From an uncultured Pseudomonadota bacterium (lineage in GTDB: Bacteria; Pseudomonadota; Gammaproteobacteria; Burkholderiales; JALYOK01), in NCBI GenBank assembly GCA_963714525.1, contig CAVQPB010000001.1:21495-85494 (forward strand): a stretch of DNA of 64,000 nucleotides. The letters are read 5' to 3'. Under the pieces are notes generated by a model. That model did no database searches, was not told the DNA's origin, and worked only from the letters and a program-made list of their open reading frames with translations. The position numbers were made by a program, and so were the translations under genes. Shown piece after piece: positions 20,106 through 30,521 of the stretch; position 1 is the stretch's first letter; every line of letters starts with the position of its first letter.

Positions 20106-20570
20106 ATGCAGGGCGATAAGAAAGTCATTCAGCACCTCAATAAAGTTCTCACCAACGAGCTCACGGCAGTGAATCAATATTTTTTGCACGCCCGTATGTT
20201 CAAAAATTGGGGATTTCACAAGCTTAACGAATACGAATACAAAGAATCCATCGATGAGATGAAGCATGCCGATAAGCTCATCGAACGTATTCTTTTTCTC
20301 GAGGGTCTGCCTAACCTGCAAGAGTTGAACAAGATCCTCATCGGCGAGAATCCACTAGAGATGTTGAAGTGCGATCTTAAGCTCGAGCACCTAGGTCACC
20401 CCGTCCTCAAAGAAGCGATCGCGCATTGCGAAAAATGCGGCGATTACGTCACGCGTGAATTGTTCGAGCATATACTCGAAGGCGAAGAAGAGCATATCGA
20501 TTGGCTGGAAACCCAACTCGGGCTCATAGAAAAGGTTGGATTAGAAAACTATTTGCAGTCGCAAATGTAG
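20106..20570 (+). CDS. bfr: Bacterioferritin
   Basis: 154 aa. ...[26 protein letters not shown]...[15 protein letters not shown] is the canonical Bfr di-iron/haem fold sequence. Confidence 0.9.
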   Translation: MQGDKKVIQHLNKVLTNELTAVNQYFLHARMFKNWGFHKLNEYEYKESIDEMKHADKLIERILFLEGLPNLQELNKILIGENPLEMLKCDLKLEHLGHPVLKEAIAHCEKCGDYVTRELFEHILEGEEEHIDWLETQLGLIEKVGLENYLQSQM

Positions 20571-20613
20571 GGAAGCTCCGATTAATTCCGATTTCGTCGC
20601 GATACTTCGTTGC

Positions 20614-20669
20614 AAACAAAAAATATCGCCTTACATATCATCCATATGCGGCGTCGATATTTTTTGTTC
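20614..20669. terminator. Long AT-rich hairpin between convergent bfr and the TetR-family gene (putative bidirectional terminator)
   Basis: caaacaaaaaatatcgcc...ggcgtcgatattttttgttcg inverted repeat, itself nested within an 11-bp outer inverted repeat tagggaagctc / gagcttcccta. Confidence 0.4.
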
Positions 20670-20719
20670 GCGCCTTGTCTCGCTTAGAACTCGAAATAAA
20701 TCAGAGCTTCCCTAGGTTG

Positions 20720-21355
20720 TCAGCGAGCTTCCTCAGCAAGTGCAGCCTTGAGTATTGCCTCCATAACCCAGCGAGTAACCGAAGAGACTTCTCTATCGGT
20801 CGCATCCCACATGTCCTTCAGCACTACATACGGCTCAATGCCGTAGACCAACGATAGGGCACGCAACAAGGTTTCATAGGTTCGAGCACTGAGTTGCCGT
20901 TTCAAGGGCGAGGCGGCGCGTTGCAGAATTTTCACCCGGCGCCCGCGGCGAAACGGTTCTTCCCTTAGCGTGCCGGCGCGCTCTAGTGCCCAATGCTCAA
21001 GCGAGAGCTGCAAAGCGGCACGCAATTGCGGCTCGAATTCTTTGAATAACGGAAACGTATGCTCGAACAAGGTGCGTATGCGATCGGAACCGTCGCGCTC
21101 GTCAGAATCGAAGCTGCGTACCGGTCCGAGGCTTTCGTCGACGATCGCATTGATCAAGCGCGCCTGGTTGGGAAAGTAGCGATAAGCGGTAGCGCGCGAA
21201 ACGCCTGCGGCGTGCGCCACTTCTGCTATAGAGCCGAAGCGGCCATGACGCGTCATGCGTATGGCTTCGGCCACTAACGCGTCTCGGGTACGCTCGCGCC
21301 GCTTACGTGGGGCATCTGGTTGAGGTTTGCTGGGGCTAGTCGTGGTGCGCTGCAT
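20720..21355 (-). CDS. TetR/AcrR-family transcriptional regulator
   Basis: HTH ALVAEAIRMTRHGRFGSIAEVAHAAGVSRATAYRYFPNQ. The ORF track extends to 21415 (MRYDT...), but the MQRTT start at 21355 gives the usual ~25-aa lead-in. Confidence 0.75.
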   Translation of the reverse strand: MQRTTTSPSKPQPDAPRKRRERTRDALVAEAIRMTRHGRFGSIAEVAHAAGVSRATAYRYFPNQARLINAIVDESLGPVRSFDSDERDGSDRIRTLFEHTFPLFKEFEPQLRAALQLSLEHWALERAGTLREEPFRRGRRVKILQRAASPLKRQLSARTYETLLRALSLVYGIEPYVVLKDMWDATDREVSSVTRWVMEAILKAALAEEAR

Positions 21356-21633
21356 CAATGAATCCCGGTGAATATTCTTGAGGAAATCAGGGAAATTTAT
21401 GGTATCGTATCTCAAAATGAGATTCGTGTCTCATTTAGCAAAAGTCGATGCCGGCGACCTAATCGTGATCCGTCTGGAGTCGCAAAAGAAAGTGATGTTG
21501 GGCAAACTACGGCAGCCCGATTTCAGCAAAACAATTGGAGGAAACGCGAGACTCAAATGAGGCCTGATGGATACACGTTGATGGTGGCGATCGACGTCGT
21601 TTCGATTGATCGCTTGGGTAAGTAAAACATCCT

Positions 21634-22422
21634 ATGACTACTCGATTTCTCGAACGCGTCGCCATTGAAACTGATGGTGAGGGCGACGCGATACTGATGC
21701 TGCACGGTTTAGGTGGATCGTCCAACACTTGGACACCTCAAATGGGCTCGCTCACACGTGAAAAGGTGATTCGCTTCGATCTGCCCGGTTCCGCGCGCTC
21801 ATCCCGTGCCGAGGGCGAGTTGTCGATCCAGCGATTCGTCGACTGCGCACGGCGCGTAATGGATTTAGCCGGTGTCAGTAGGGCGCACGTCGTTGGTCAC
21901 TCGCTCGGCACCATAGTCGCTCTACATTTGGCCGCCAGCGAGCCGAGCGCCGTGCGCAGTTTATGTTTATTCGGTCCGCTGCTAGCGCCACCCGATACGG
22001 CGCGCGACAACATTCGTGCACGCGGGCAGAAGGCCCGTGACGAAGGCGTACCCGGCATGCAGGCGATCGCCGATGCTGTGCAGCAAGCGACCACGTCATC
22101 GGAAACTAAACAGCGCCGTCTCACTGCAGTTGCTTATGTTCGCGAATCGCTGATGCGACAGGACCCAGAGAGTTACGCACGCACGTGCGACGCGCTCGCC
22201 GCTGCGCAGCCGGCCGACACGACCAAGATAGATTGCCCAACCTTGCTCATCACCGGCGACGAAGACGTCGTTGCACCGCCACAATCGGTGCGTCAGATGG
22301 CAACGAAGATTTCCGGCGCACGGGTTGAAGTACTTCGCGGCTGCGGTCACTGGACGCCCGTGGAAAAACCGGAAGAATGCAGCGAACTGTTGCGACAGTT
22401 TCTTAATCAACGCATGAAATAG
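21634..22422 (+). CDS. Alpha/beta hydrolase (enol-lactonase-like)
   Basis: ILMLHGLGGS...VGHSLGT nucleophile elbow and a C-terminal ...GCGHW... motif. Confidence 0.75.
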   Translation: MTTRFLERVAIETDGEGDAILMLHGLGGSSNTWTPQMGSLTREKVIRFDLPGSARSSRAEGELSIQRFVDCARRVMDLAGVSRAHVVGHSLGTIVALHLAASEPSAVRSLCLFGPLLAPPDTARDNIRARGQKARDEGVPGMQAIADAVQQATTSSETKQRRLTAVAYVRESLMRQDPESYARTCDALAAAQPADTTKIDCPTLLITGDEDVVAPPQSVRQMATKISGARVEVLRGCGHWTPVEKPEECSELLRQFLNQRMK

Positions 22423-22448
22423 CGATCGAACCGATAGGAGGTAACATC

Positions 22449-23738
22449 ATGGCCAATGTTCTCTTCACCAACGTAAGGATCATCGACGGCAGCGGCGCGC
22501 AACCTTTTACCGGCGAGGTGCTGGTGCAAGGCAATCGCATTTCCAAAATTGGACGCAGCGCGCGGACCTTGCCGGTAAACGGCGTCACGGTAATCGACGG
22601 CGCCGGTGCGACCCTGATGCCCGGCATGTGCGAGGCGCATACCCACTTCAGTTGGAACAATTCGCCGACCTTGGAAGGTATTACCCAACTGCCGGTGGAA
22701 GAGCACACGCTATGGTGTGCGAGTGTTGCCAAAACTTATATCGATCACGGTTGGACCTCGTGCGTAGGTGCGGCGACGGCAAAGCCGCGGCTCGATGTGG
22801 TTCTGCGCAATGCGATCAATTCGGGACAAATTCCGGGCCCGCGCTATCTCGCCGCGAGCCAAGAAATTACCGTCGCCGGTTCGCTCGGCGACGAAGCACC
22901 GCCCCATCTGCCGTATCCCGAGCTAGGCATCGGCACGGTGGTGAGCGGCCCGGAAGAAATGCGCAAAACCGTGCGCAGTTATCTGAAGTTCGGTGTCGAT
23001 TCCATCAAGTTGAATCTCTCCGGCGACAACTTCACGCCGCCCGCTACCGCCCACACGAGTTGGATGAGCGAAGAGGAAATTACCATGGCTGTGCGTGAGA
23101 CCAAGCTACGCGGCAAGCGGCTGGCGGCCCATGCGCGTTCGTGCCTGTCGGTAAAGCAGTGCGTGCGTCACGGAATAGAGGTGATCTATCACGCGAGTTT
23201 TAGCGACACGGAATCGCTCGATATGCTTGAAGCCAACAAAGACAAACACTTCGTTGCGCCGGGTATTTCGATTATTGTGCGATTGCTGACCGAAGGCGAC
23301 GCGATCGGCATCAGCCGCGCTCAAGCGGTGGCCATGGGCTACGAAGAAGAAATGGAAGCGGCGTGCAACACGTTGAAAGCCATGCACAAGCGCGGTATAC
23401 GGGTACTTCCCGGCGGCGATTATGGCTTTGCTTGGGCGCCGCATGGCGCCAACGCGATGGACCTGCAGTATTTCGTCAAATACCTCGGCTTCACGCCGAT
23501 GGAAGCGATCATCGCCGCGACCAAATACGGTGGCCAGATCATGATGCAGGGCAATGAATTGGGCGAAATCAAGGAAGGTTATCTTGCTGACATGTTGCTG
23601 GTGGACGGCGACCCGGTGGCAAATATCGCTATCCTCAACGATAAGTCCCGCATCCTTGCCGTGATGAAGGACGGTGAGTTCTTTAGAGAGCCGGAGATTC
23701 GCTCATCGCGTCAACGCTTGGGCTTGTCCGCTGCTTAA
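22449..23738 (+). CDS. Metal-dependent amidohydrolase family protein
   Basis: N-terminal ...IIDGSG... and an HTH metal-binding region (CEAHTHF), 429 aa. RBS GGAGG present. Confidence 0.75.
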   Translation: MANVLFTNVRIIDGSGAQPFTGEVLVQGNRISKIGRSARTLPVNGVTVIDGAGATLMPGMCEAHTHFSWNNSPTLEGITQLPVEEHTLWCASVAKTYIDHGWTSCVGAATAKPRLDVVLRNAINSGQIPGPRYLAASQEITVAGSLGDEAPPHLPYPELGIGTVVSGPEEMRKTVRSYLKFGVDSIKLNLSGDNFTPPATAHTSWMSEEEITMAVRETKLRGKRLAAHARSCLSVKQCVRHGIEVIYHASFSDTESLDMLEANKDKHFVAPGISIIVRLLTEGDAIGISRAQAVAMGYEEEMEAACNTLKAMHKRGIRVLPGGDYGFAWAPHGANAMDLQYFVKYLGFTPMEAIIAATKYGGQIMMQGNELGEIKEGYLADMLLVDGDPVANIAILNDKSRILAVMKDGEFFREPEIRSSRQRLGLSAA

Positions 23739-23879
23739 TACGTGTGTCATTCTGAACCCTTCGCTGTGCTCAAGGATAAACTCCGTGAAGAATCAGCTTA
23801 CGCGGCGAAGCATGCGGCAACTGCTCCGTTTAGAATGAAACTGACGTCGTGACCCCATAGAATAAAAAAGGAACTCAGC

Positions 23880-24827
23880 GTGTTGCGTTTCTGGAAGTGG
23901 TTTTGGATAGCCGTGATCGCCGCACCGGTATTGGTGTTCGTTGTTTGGGCGCTGACCGACAACACCAAGCTATTTTTTTCCACGCTGCTCAATGGCCTCA
24001 CCTTAGCGTCGCTGTATTTTCTCGTTGCCAGCGGTTTCACCTTGGTGTTCGGGCTGATGCGTAACGTCAACCTTGCCCACGGTTCCCTATATTTACTCGG
24101 GGCCTATGTCGGCTGGGAAGTCGGCGACGCCAGCGGCTCCTGGATACTAGCAGTGGTCGCAGGCTTTGTGGTCGCGGCGCTGCTGGGCCTGGTGTTGCAA
24201 TTGGGGGTGTTTCGTTTCATGCAGGGCCAGGATCTACGCCAGACCATGGTCACGATAGGTATTTCCATCGTTTTAGCGGATCTTATGCTGTGGCAATGGG
24301 GCGCACAAATTTACCAATTCGATCCACCCGAAGCAATCTACGGCGTGGCGCGATTGCCCTTGGTAAAAGCTTATCCGACCTATAGGCTGGTCGTGTTATT
24401 CGCATCCATCGCGATCGGCATTATTCTGTGGTGGTTTTTAAACCAGACCCGGGTCGGCATGATGATACGCGCGGGGGTCGATGACCGCGGGATGCTCGCG
24501 GCGTCCGGCGTAAATGTGCAACTGGTATTCGCCATCACTTTCGCCATCGGCGCCGGCCTCGCCGGCTTGGCGGGTGTGGTCGGCGGTACGGCGTTATCTA
24601 TCTCGCCGGGGGAGGATACGCGTTACTTACTGGCATCGTTGGTCGTGGTCATAGTCGGCGGCATGGGTAGCATCGTCGGCGCCGGTCTGGGCGCGATTCT
24701 CATCGGTTTAGCGGAACAATTCGGCCTTGCCTACGCACCGACCTACGGCATTGTCTTTACCTTCGTGATCATGGTGCTGGTGCTCGCGTTTAGGCCCCAG
24801 GGTTTCTTGGGAAGGACAGGACGATGA
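23880..24827 (+). CDS. Branched-chain amino acid-type ABC permease (LivH-like)
   Basis: Polytopic, 315 aa, LivH-family motifs (NLAHGSLYLLGAY). Confidence 0.8.
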   Translation: MLRFWKWFWIAVIAAPVLVFVVWALTDNTKLFFSTLLNGLTLASLYFLVASGFTLVFGLMRNVNLAHGSLYLLGAYVGWEVGDASGSWILAVVAGFVVAALLGLVLQLGVFRFMQGQDLRQTMVTIGISIVLADLMLWQWGAQIYQFDPPEAIYGVARLPLVKAYPTYRLVVLFASIAIGIILWWFLNQTRVGMMIRAGVDDRGMLAASGVNVQLVFAITFAIGAGLAGLAGVVGGTALSISPGEDTRYLLASLVVVIVGGMGSIVGAGLGAILIGLAEQFGLAYAPTYGIVFTFVIMVLVLAFRPQGFLGRTGR

Positions 24828-25942
24828 GCGCTGCGCAATGGCGTCGCGCGATGAATTCGAGCGCGCAAACAGCGCAGCCTGCGGCGGTGCGGACCTTAGG
24901 GTCGGGTTCTACATATCCGGGAATCCAATCGCCTGTTTCCATCCCTAGAGAACCGTGGCGTAACCCCATCGCGCCACGCCACGTAATCGTGCTATTCGCT
25001 TTGCTGGCGTATCCATTTCTGGCGACTCCATTTTTTACTTTTCAGATTGCCGGTCAAGCATTGGCGTTAGGCACGATCGCGCTATCGCTGACCTTTCTGG
25101 CCGGTTCCGGCGGCATGGTATCCCTCGCGCAGATGACCATCGCCGGCCTCGCTGGCTACATGGTGGCGATTCTGGGTACCAGCGCCTCGCCCATCAGCAT
25201 GGGCTGGCCGTGGTGGATCGCCGTGTTGTTGGCGATCGTTATTGCCACAGTTTTCGCCGTATTTGTCGGGTGGCTGGCGGTGCGTACTGAAGGTATTTAC
25301 ACCATCATGATCACGTTAGCCATCGGCGTTGCATTTTTCTATTTGGTTTTACAGAATTACTCGGTCTTCAACGGCTTCCAAGGCTTTCACAAAGTGATCC
25401 CGCCGGTGGTGTTTGGGATCGATTTTGGCCAGCCGACCCCGTACTATTTTCTTGCGTTGTTCTGGGCCGTGGCAAGTTATCTCTTCATCAAGTATTTATT
25501 ACGTGCGCCGTTCGGAATTGCGCTCCAAGGGGTGAGAGATAACGCGCGCCGTATGAACGCGCTCGGGTTCAACAGCACTGCCCATCGCGTGGCCGCGTAC
25601 GCGGTGGCCGGCGTGATTGCTGCCCTCGGCGGCGTGCTGCTGCTTTGGTACAACAAACTCGTTACCCCCGGCGTGGTCGGCACGGGCGCGCTGATCAATA
25701 TTTTGGTCATCGCCGTGCTCGGCGGCATGCGCCATCCCATCGGCCCATTCATCGGCGCGCTGGTGTTTGTTTTGCTTCAGACGTTCGCCATCGATTCGTT
25801 CGTGCGCGAGCGGTTTAATTTAGTCATCGGTATGGTGTTCTTGATTATCGTGTTGTTTTCGTCCGATGGGTTGCTTGGGTGGTGGTCGCGATTGCGTTCT
25901 ATCACCGGCGGCGCCCAGGCGCGACTTAGGGCGCCCAAGTAG
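24824..25942 (+). CDS. Branched-chain amino acid-type ABC permease (LivM-like)
   Basis: Polytopic, 372 aa. Start overlaps the upstream stop (ATGA). Confidence 0.8.
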   Translation: MSAAQWRRAMNSSAQTAQPAAVRTLGSGSTYPGIQSPVSIPREPWRNPIAPRHVIVLFALLAYPFLATPFFTFQIAGQALALGTIALSLTFLAGSGGMVSLAQMTIAGLAGYMVAILGTSASPISMGWPWWIAVLLAIVIATVFAVFVGWLAVRTEGIYTIMITLAIGVAFFYLVLQNYSVFNGFQGFHKVIPPVVFGIDFGQPTPYYFLALFWAVASYLFIKYLLRAPFGIALQGVRDNARRMNALGFNSTAHRVAAYAVAGVIAALGGVLLLWYNKLVTPGVVGTGALINILVIAVLGGMRHPIGPFIGALVFVLLQTFAIDSFVRERFNLVIGMVFLIIVLFSSDGLLGWWSRLRSITGGAQARLRAPK

Positions 25943-26013
25943 CAAGTCAACCGACTTCTGCAGAGGCGATATAAACCGCGGCGTCAGCCGTAACTTGTTA
26001 GGAGGAGTAGATT

Positions 26014-27264
26014 GTGGAAAAAATGAAAAGACACTTGCTGCGCAGCGTGTTAAGCGTCGCCGTGGTGGCTGCATTTGCGGGTACGGTACAAGCACAAGAA
26101 ACGCTTAAGATCGGCCTGTTGGCGACCTTGGAAGGCCCATTCGCCGCGGGTGGCCAAGACGGTATGCGTGGCGCCGAACTGGCTTTGAAACAAAAGAATG
26201 GCATGGCCGGCGGCAAAAAGATCGAGTTCATTAAAGGCTCGTCCGACGCCACGCCGGACAAAGCGGTTAACGCCACGCGTAAATTGGTCGAGCAGGACAA
26301 AGTGCAGATTATGATCGGCCCATTGTCTGGTGATGAAGGCATTGCGGTGAAGAATTACTCCAAATCCCAGCCGAATATCACCTTTATAAATGGCTCGTCC
26401 GGCGCACAAGCCACGACCCTGAGCGACCCATCGACGAACTTCTATCGCTTCAATACGGAAGGCGCGCAATGGATGGTGGGCCTGGGCGAGCACGCGCTCT
26501 CCAAGGGCTACAAGAAAATGGCGTTGATCGCCGAGGACTACGGCTTCCCGTATTCGCAAGTGCAGGGCTTCATGGCGAGCTATTGCGCCAAGGGCGGACG
26601 CATCGTACAAAAATCTTGGGTACCCTTGGGCACCAAAGATTACTCCTCCATCGTCTCCAAGATCCCCGATGACATCGACGCGATCCTGGTCGTACTGGGT
26701 GGCTCTGATTCGGTCAACTTCTTATCGCAATACGAGCAGGCCGGTGGCGACAAGCCCATTGTCGGCGGCTCGATCACGGTCGATCAAACCGTGTTGAACT
26801 ACAAAGGCAAACGTCGTGACGGCGTGCTCGGTACGCCGGCGGCAGGACCGATGGCGGATTCGCTGGATACGGCCGAGTGGAAGAAATTCGTCGCCGATTA
26901 CAAAGCGAACTTCAAAGACGGCTTCCCCAGCCCGTCGCTATTCGCGTACCTCTACTACATCAACACCCGCGCCGCGTTGGAGGGTTTGGATGCCGTGAAG
27001 GGCGACCTGTCCGGCAACCAGAAGAAGTATCGCGACGCCTTGCAAAAAACTAACTTCAAAGGCCCCGCCGGCGACGTGAAGATCGACGAGAACCGCAATG
27101 GTGTCGGTACGACTTACATCACCGAAGTTGCTAAAGGCGCCGATGGCGTGCTGTACAACAAAGTGGTGAAATCCGTGCCGAATATTACCCAGACCTTGGG
27201 TCTACCAAAAGCGGATTTTGACAAGATGGGCCTGGGTTCCCGTGACGTGCCTAATTGTCCTTAG
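26014..27264 (+). CDS. ABC transporter substrate-binding protein (LivK-like)
   Basis: Signal peptide MEKMKRHLLRSVLSVAVVAAFAGTVQA, then a type-I periplasmic binding fold. Confidence 0.85.
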   Translation: MEKMKRHLLRSVLSVAVVAAFAGTVQAQETLKIGLLATLEGPFAAGGQDGMRGAELALKQKNGMAGGKKIEFIKGSSDATPDKAVNATRKLVEQDKVQIMIGPLSGDEGIAVKNYSKSQPNITFINGSSGAQATTLSDPSTNFYRFNTEGAQWMVGLGEHALSKGYKKMALIAEDYGFPYSQVQGFMASYCAKGGRIVQKSWVPLGTKDYSSIVSKIPDDIDAILVVLGGSDSVNFLSQYEQAGGDKPIVGGSITVDQTVLNYKGKRRDGVLGTPAAGPMADSLDTAEWKKFVADYKANFKDGFPSPSLFAYLYYINTRAALEGLDAVKGDLSGNQKKYRDALQKTNFKGPAGDVKIDENRNGVGTTYITEVAKGADGVLYNKVVKSVPNITQTLGLPKADFDKMGLGSRDVPNCP

Positions 27265-27290
27265 GGTTTGAATTGCAGCCGGCCCTCACC

Positions 27291-27365
27291 CCTACCCCTC
27301 TCCTGCAGGGAGAGGGGATTTTAGTCCCTTCTCCCTGCGGGAGAAGGGTGGGGATGAGGGTCGCC
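27291..27365. repeat. REP-like nested palindrome ('cccctctcctgcagggagagggg' family) downstream of the SBP gene
   Basis: Two adjacent hairpins, cccctctcc-tgcag-ggagagggg and cccttctccc-tgcg-ggagaaggg, bracketed by an outer ccctcacccc / ggggatgaggg stem. Confidence 0.65.
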
Positions 27366-27438
27366 AGTTGCAAATATCGAACAGCGCAGCAAATCGTGAA
27401 AACAAAATTATCAGTCATGTTCCACAGCAAGCATTGAA

Positions 27439-28236
27439 ATGGCAACCAGCAAGCCAAGTCTAACTCCCAACACGCCGATCGCCTCCAGCGATGCGCTCAC
27501 TCTCGAGCGCGTCACCCGAACCTTCGGTGCGCTTGCGGCCATCCAAGATGTGTCGTTCTCGGTCGCGGCGGGTGAGCGGCGCGCCGTATTAGGCGCGAAC
27601 GGCGCGGGCAAGACCACCTTGTTCAACGCGGTCACCGGTGATTTTCCGCCCACCTCGGGCCGGGTGTTGTTTTTTGGCGAGGACGTAACCGAACTTCCGC
27701 CCCATGAGCGCATCCGTCGCGGACTGCGCCGAACCTATCAATCTTCACTGCTGTTTCGCGAACTAACGGTGCGCGATAACTTATTTCTTGCCGCCCGCGG
27801 CGCGACGCGCGGGCGCTTCAGTATGTGGCGGCCGCGTGCCCATCACCCCTCGCGCGTGGCCACCAACGATTTACTCGATCGCGTGCGCCTGTCGCACATC
27901 GCGGACGAATTGGTTTCGTCCCTGTCCCACGGCCAGCAGCGTCAATTGGAAATCGGCATGGCATTGGCCGGCGCGCCGCGCATGATTCTGTTCGACGAGC
28001 CGGCCGCTGGACTGTCGCCCGCCGAGCGGCGCGAACTGGTCCAATTGTTGAACGCATTTCCCGAGCACATGGGTTTTGTACTGATCGAGCACGATCTCGA
28101 AATCGCATTGCGGGTCGTCGAACGCGTCACGATTATGCATGACGGGAGAGTGCTCAAGCACGGCACGCCGAGCGAGATCGAGAACGACGCCGACGTGCAA
28201 GCCATTTATCTCGGTTCCCACGCGCGCACCCACTGA
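27439..28236 (+). CDS. ABC transporter ATP-binding protein (LivG-like)
   Basis: Walker [10 protein letters not shown], signature [12 protein letters not shown], Walker [12 protein letters not shown]. Confidence 0.85.
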   Translation: MATSKPSLTPNTPIASSDALTLERVTRTFGALAAIQDVSFSVAAGERRAVLGANGAGKTTLFNAVTGDFPPTSGRVLFFGEDVTELPPHERIRRGLRRTYQSSLLFRELTVRDNLFLAARGATRGRFSMWRPRAHHPSRVATNDLLDRVRLSHIADELVSSLSHGQQRQLEIGMALAGAPRMILFDEPAAGLSPAERRELVQLLNAFPEHMGFVLIEHDLEIALRVVERVTIMHDGRVLKHGTPSEIENDADVQAIYLGSHARTH

Positions 28237-30515
28237 TGGCCACCGCATCCAACGCACCGATATTGGAGATCAATGGCCTAGACGTCTACTACGGCCGTGC
28301 CCACGCGTTGCAAAGCGTCAGCTTGCGTTTGGACAGCGGCGTGCTGGCCGTGGTGGGCCGCAACGGCATGGGCAAGACCACGCTGTGCAATGCCATCACC
28401 GGGTTGGTGCCGGCTACAGGCAGCGTTAAGCTTGCCGGCGAGGAGCTACATAAGCTTTCCCCGGACCGCATCGCCGATAGGGGCATCGGCTACGTTCCGC
28501 AGGGACGGCGGGTGTGGCCATCGCTGACCGTCGATGAGCATTTCCGCTTGGCGTCGAAAAGTGCGCGCAGCGGTGAATGGACCATCAAGCGGGTATACGA
28601 ATTGTTCCCGCGATTAGCGGAGCGACGCCGCAACGGTGGCGCACAACTCTCCGGCGGTGAGCAGCAAATGCTTGCCATCGGTCGTGCCCTGTTACTCAAT
28701 CCAAAACTGCTGGTGATGGATGAGCCGACAGAAGGACTGGCGCCGGTGATCGTCGAGCAAGTCGCAGCCATGCTCGCGCGCCTCGCCCATGAAGGTGCTG
28801 TCTCTGTGCTGCTAGTGGAACAAAACCTAGGTGTTGCGGTAGATGTCGCCGACAGTATCGCCATCATGGTCAATGGCCGCATCGCGCGCACCATGCCCGC
28901 TGCTGAATTGGCCAGGGATACCGCCTTGCAGCAGCGCCTGCTCGGTGTTCGAGCCAGCGCCGACGAGGAGGAAGAGACGGTTAGCGAAACGCCTGCCGAA
29001 TGGCGGGACGAGTCGGTCCGAGTACTCACCATACGCCGTGCCGCCGATAGCGACGTTCCATCGGTCCAAGCGCCCACACCGATTGAAATCGAAAGCGTTG
29101 AACGATCGGCTGCACGTTCGCGCGCAAGGAGCGGTTTTACCCAATGGAACACCGGCAATCCCGTCGCTCAGCCTGGTGCAGTCGCAAATGATAATCCGAT
29201 GTTCCCTGAGGAATCTGTGGTGCTTGCAACAACTGACGAACAAGCGGAACAAGCATCGGCGGTGGTGTTACCCATTGCGACCACCGCCCGCAACGCTGCT
29301 TATGTCGCCGGCACTTTCGATACCAAGGGCCGCGAGTTGCTGTTCATACGTAACTGCCTGGACCGCGCCGGCATACGCACGATCACGGTCGATCTATCCA
29401 CGTCCGGCAAACCGTCGTCTGCAAACGTGAGCCCCGCGGAAGTCGCACGCCATCATCCCAAAGGCGCAAGCGCAGTATTCACCGACGACCGCGGTTCCGC
29501 CGTCGGCGCCATGGCCATCGCCTTCGAACGTTTCATCGCGACGCGGCGCGATGTCGGCGGTTTGATTTCCGCCGGGGGCTCCGGCGGCACGACCCTGGCT
29601 ACCCAAGCGATGCGGCGTTTGCCGATCGGCACACCCAAGGTGATGGTTTCCACCGTTGCGTCCGGCGATGTAAAAGCTTACGTTGGCCCCGCCGACATCT
29701 GCATGATGTACGCCGTGACGGACGTATCGGGCATCAATCGCATTTCCGAGAAAGTGCTATCGAACGCAGCGTACGCACTGGCGGGCATGCTCGCCCATCG
29801 GCGTCGCGACGAGGGTTCGGGATCGACCAAGCCCGCCATCGGCTTGACCATGTTTGGTGTGACAACGCCGTGCGTGCAAGCGGTGGCCAAGCAATTGGAG
29901 GATCGCTACGATTGCCTGACGTTTCATGCCACGGGCACCGGTGGACAATCGATGGAAAAATTAGTCGCGTCGGGCTTGCTCTCGGGCGTGATCGACATCA
30001 CGACCACGGAAGTTGCCGATGAATTCGTCGGCGGAGTTTTTTCTGCCGGTCCGGAACGGTTCGAATCCATCATTCAAGTGAAGATTCCTTATGTGGGCTC
30101 CTGCGGCGCGTTGGACATGGTGAATTTTCACGCCAAGGATACGGTGCCGGAAAAGTTTCGCACGCGCAATCTCTACGTGCACAATCAAAACGTCACGCTG
30201 ATGCGCACCACACCGGAGGAAAACGCTGCCATGGGTGCTTGGATCGCCGCCAAGCTTAACCGCATGGAAGGCCCAGTACGATTTTTGATTCCCGAAGGCG
30301 GTGTGTCGTTGATCGACGCGCCGGGCAAACCTTTTTGGGATCCGGCCGCGGATAGGGCGCTGTTCACGGCAATCGAGGGTAATTTTCGTCCCGGCTCGAA
30401 TCGCCGTTTGATCCGCTCGCCGCATAACATTAACGATCCCGAATTCGCTGCGCTCCTGGTCAAGCAGTTCGTAGAAATCATGCCACAGCCAATGACGGCA
30501 ATTGCCTCGAGATAA
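28236..30515 (+). CDS. Apparent fusion: ABC ATP-binding domain (LivF-like, ~aa 1-240), ~90-aa low-complexity linker, then a UPF0261 (Tm-1-like N-terminal) domain
   Basis: The N-terminal half has Walker [10 protein letters not shown], signature [12 protein letters not shown] and Walker [14 protein letters not shown]. The C-terminal ~420 aa begins ...[25 protein letters not shown], like UPF0261 proteins. The two run in-frame with no stop, and an internal ATG at 29199 could also start a stand-alone UPF0261 gene. Confidence 0.65.
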   Translation: MATASNAPILEINGLDVYYGRAHALQSVSLRLDSGVLAVVGRNGMGKTTLCNAITGLVPATGSVKLAGEELHKLSPDRIADRGIGYVPQGRRVWPSLTVDEHFRLASKSARSGEWTIKRVYELFPRLAERRRNGGAQLSGGEQQMLAIGRALLLNPKLLVMDEPTEGLAPVIVEQVAAMLARLAHEGAVSVLLVEQNLGVAVDVADSIAIMVNGRIARTMPAAELARDTALQQRLLGVRASADEEEETVSETPAEWRDESVRVLTIRRAADSDVPSVQAPTPIEIESVERSAARSRARSGFTQWNTGNPVAQPGAVANDNPMFPEESVVLATTDEQAEQASAVVLPIATTARNAAYVAGTFDTKGRELLFIRNCLDRAGIRTITVDLSTSGKPSSANVSPAEVARHHPKGASAVFTDDRGSAVGAMAIAFERFIATRRDVGGLISAGGSGGTTLATQAMRRLPIGTPKVMVSTVASGDVKAYVGPADICMMYAVTDVSGINRISEKVLSNAAYALAGMLAHRRRDEGSGSTKPAIGLTMFGVTTPCVQAVAKQLEDRYDCLTFHATGTGGQSMEKLVASGLLSGVIDITTTEVADEFVGGVFSAGPERFESIIQVKIPYVGSCGALDMVNFHAKDTVPEKFRTRNLYVHNQNVTLMRTTPEENAAMGAWIAAKLNRMEGPVRFLIPEGGVSLIDAPGKPFWDPAADRALFTAIEGNFRPGSNRRLIRSPHNINDPEFAALLVKQFVEIMPQPMTAIASR

Positions 30516-30521
30516 AAACCC

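Noticed and set aside
28236-30515. Calling the 759-aa ORF a definite natural fusion
   Set aside because: Given the indel density nearby, a lost stop codon or a compensating indel pair cannot be excluded. An internal ATG at 29199 could start a separate UPF0261 gene. It is reported as an apparent fusion only.
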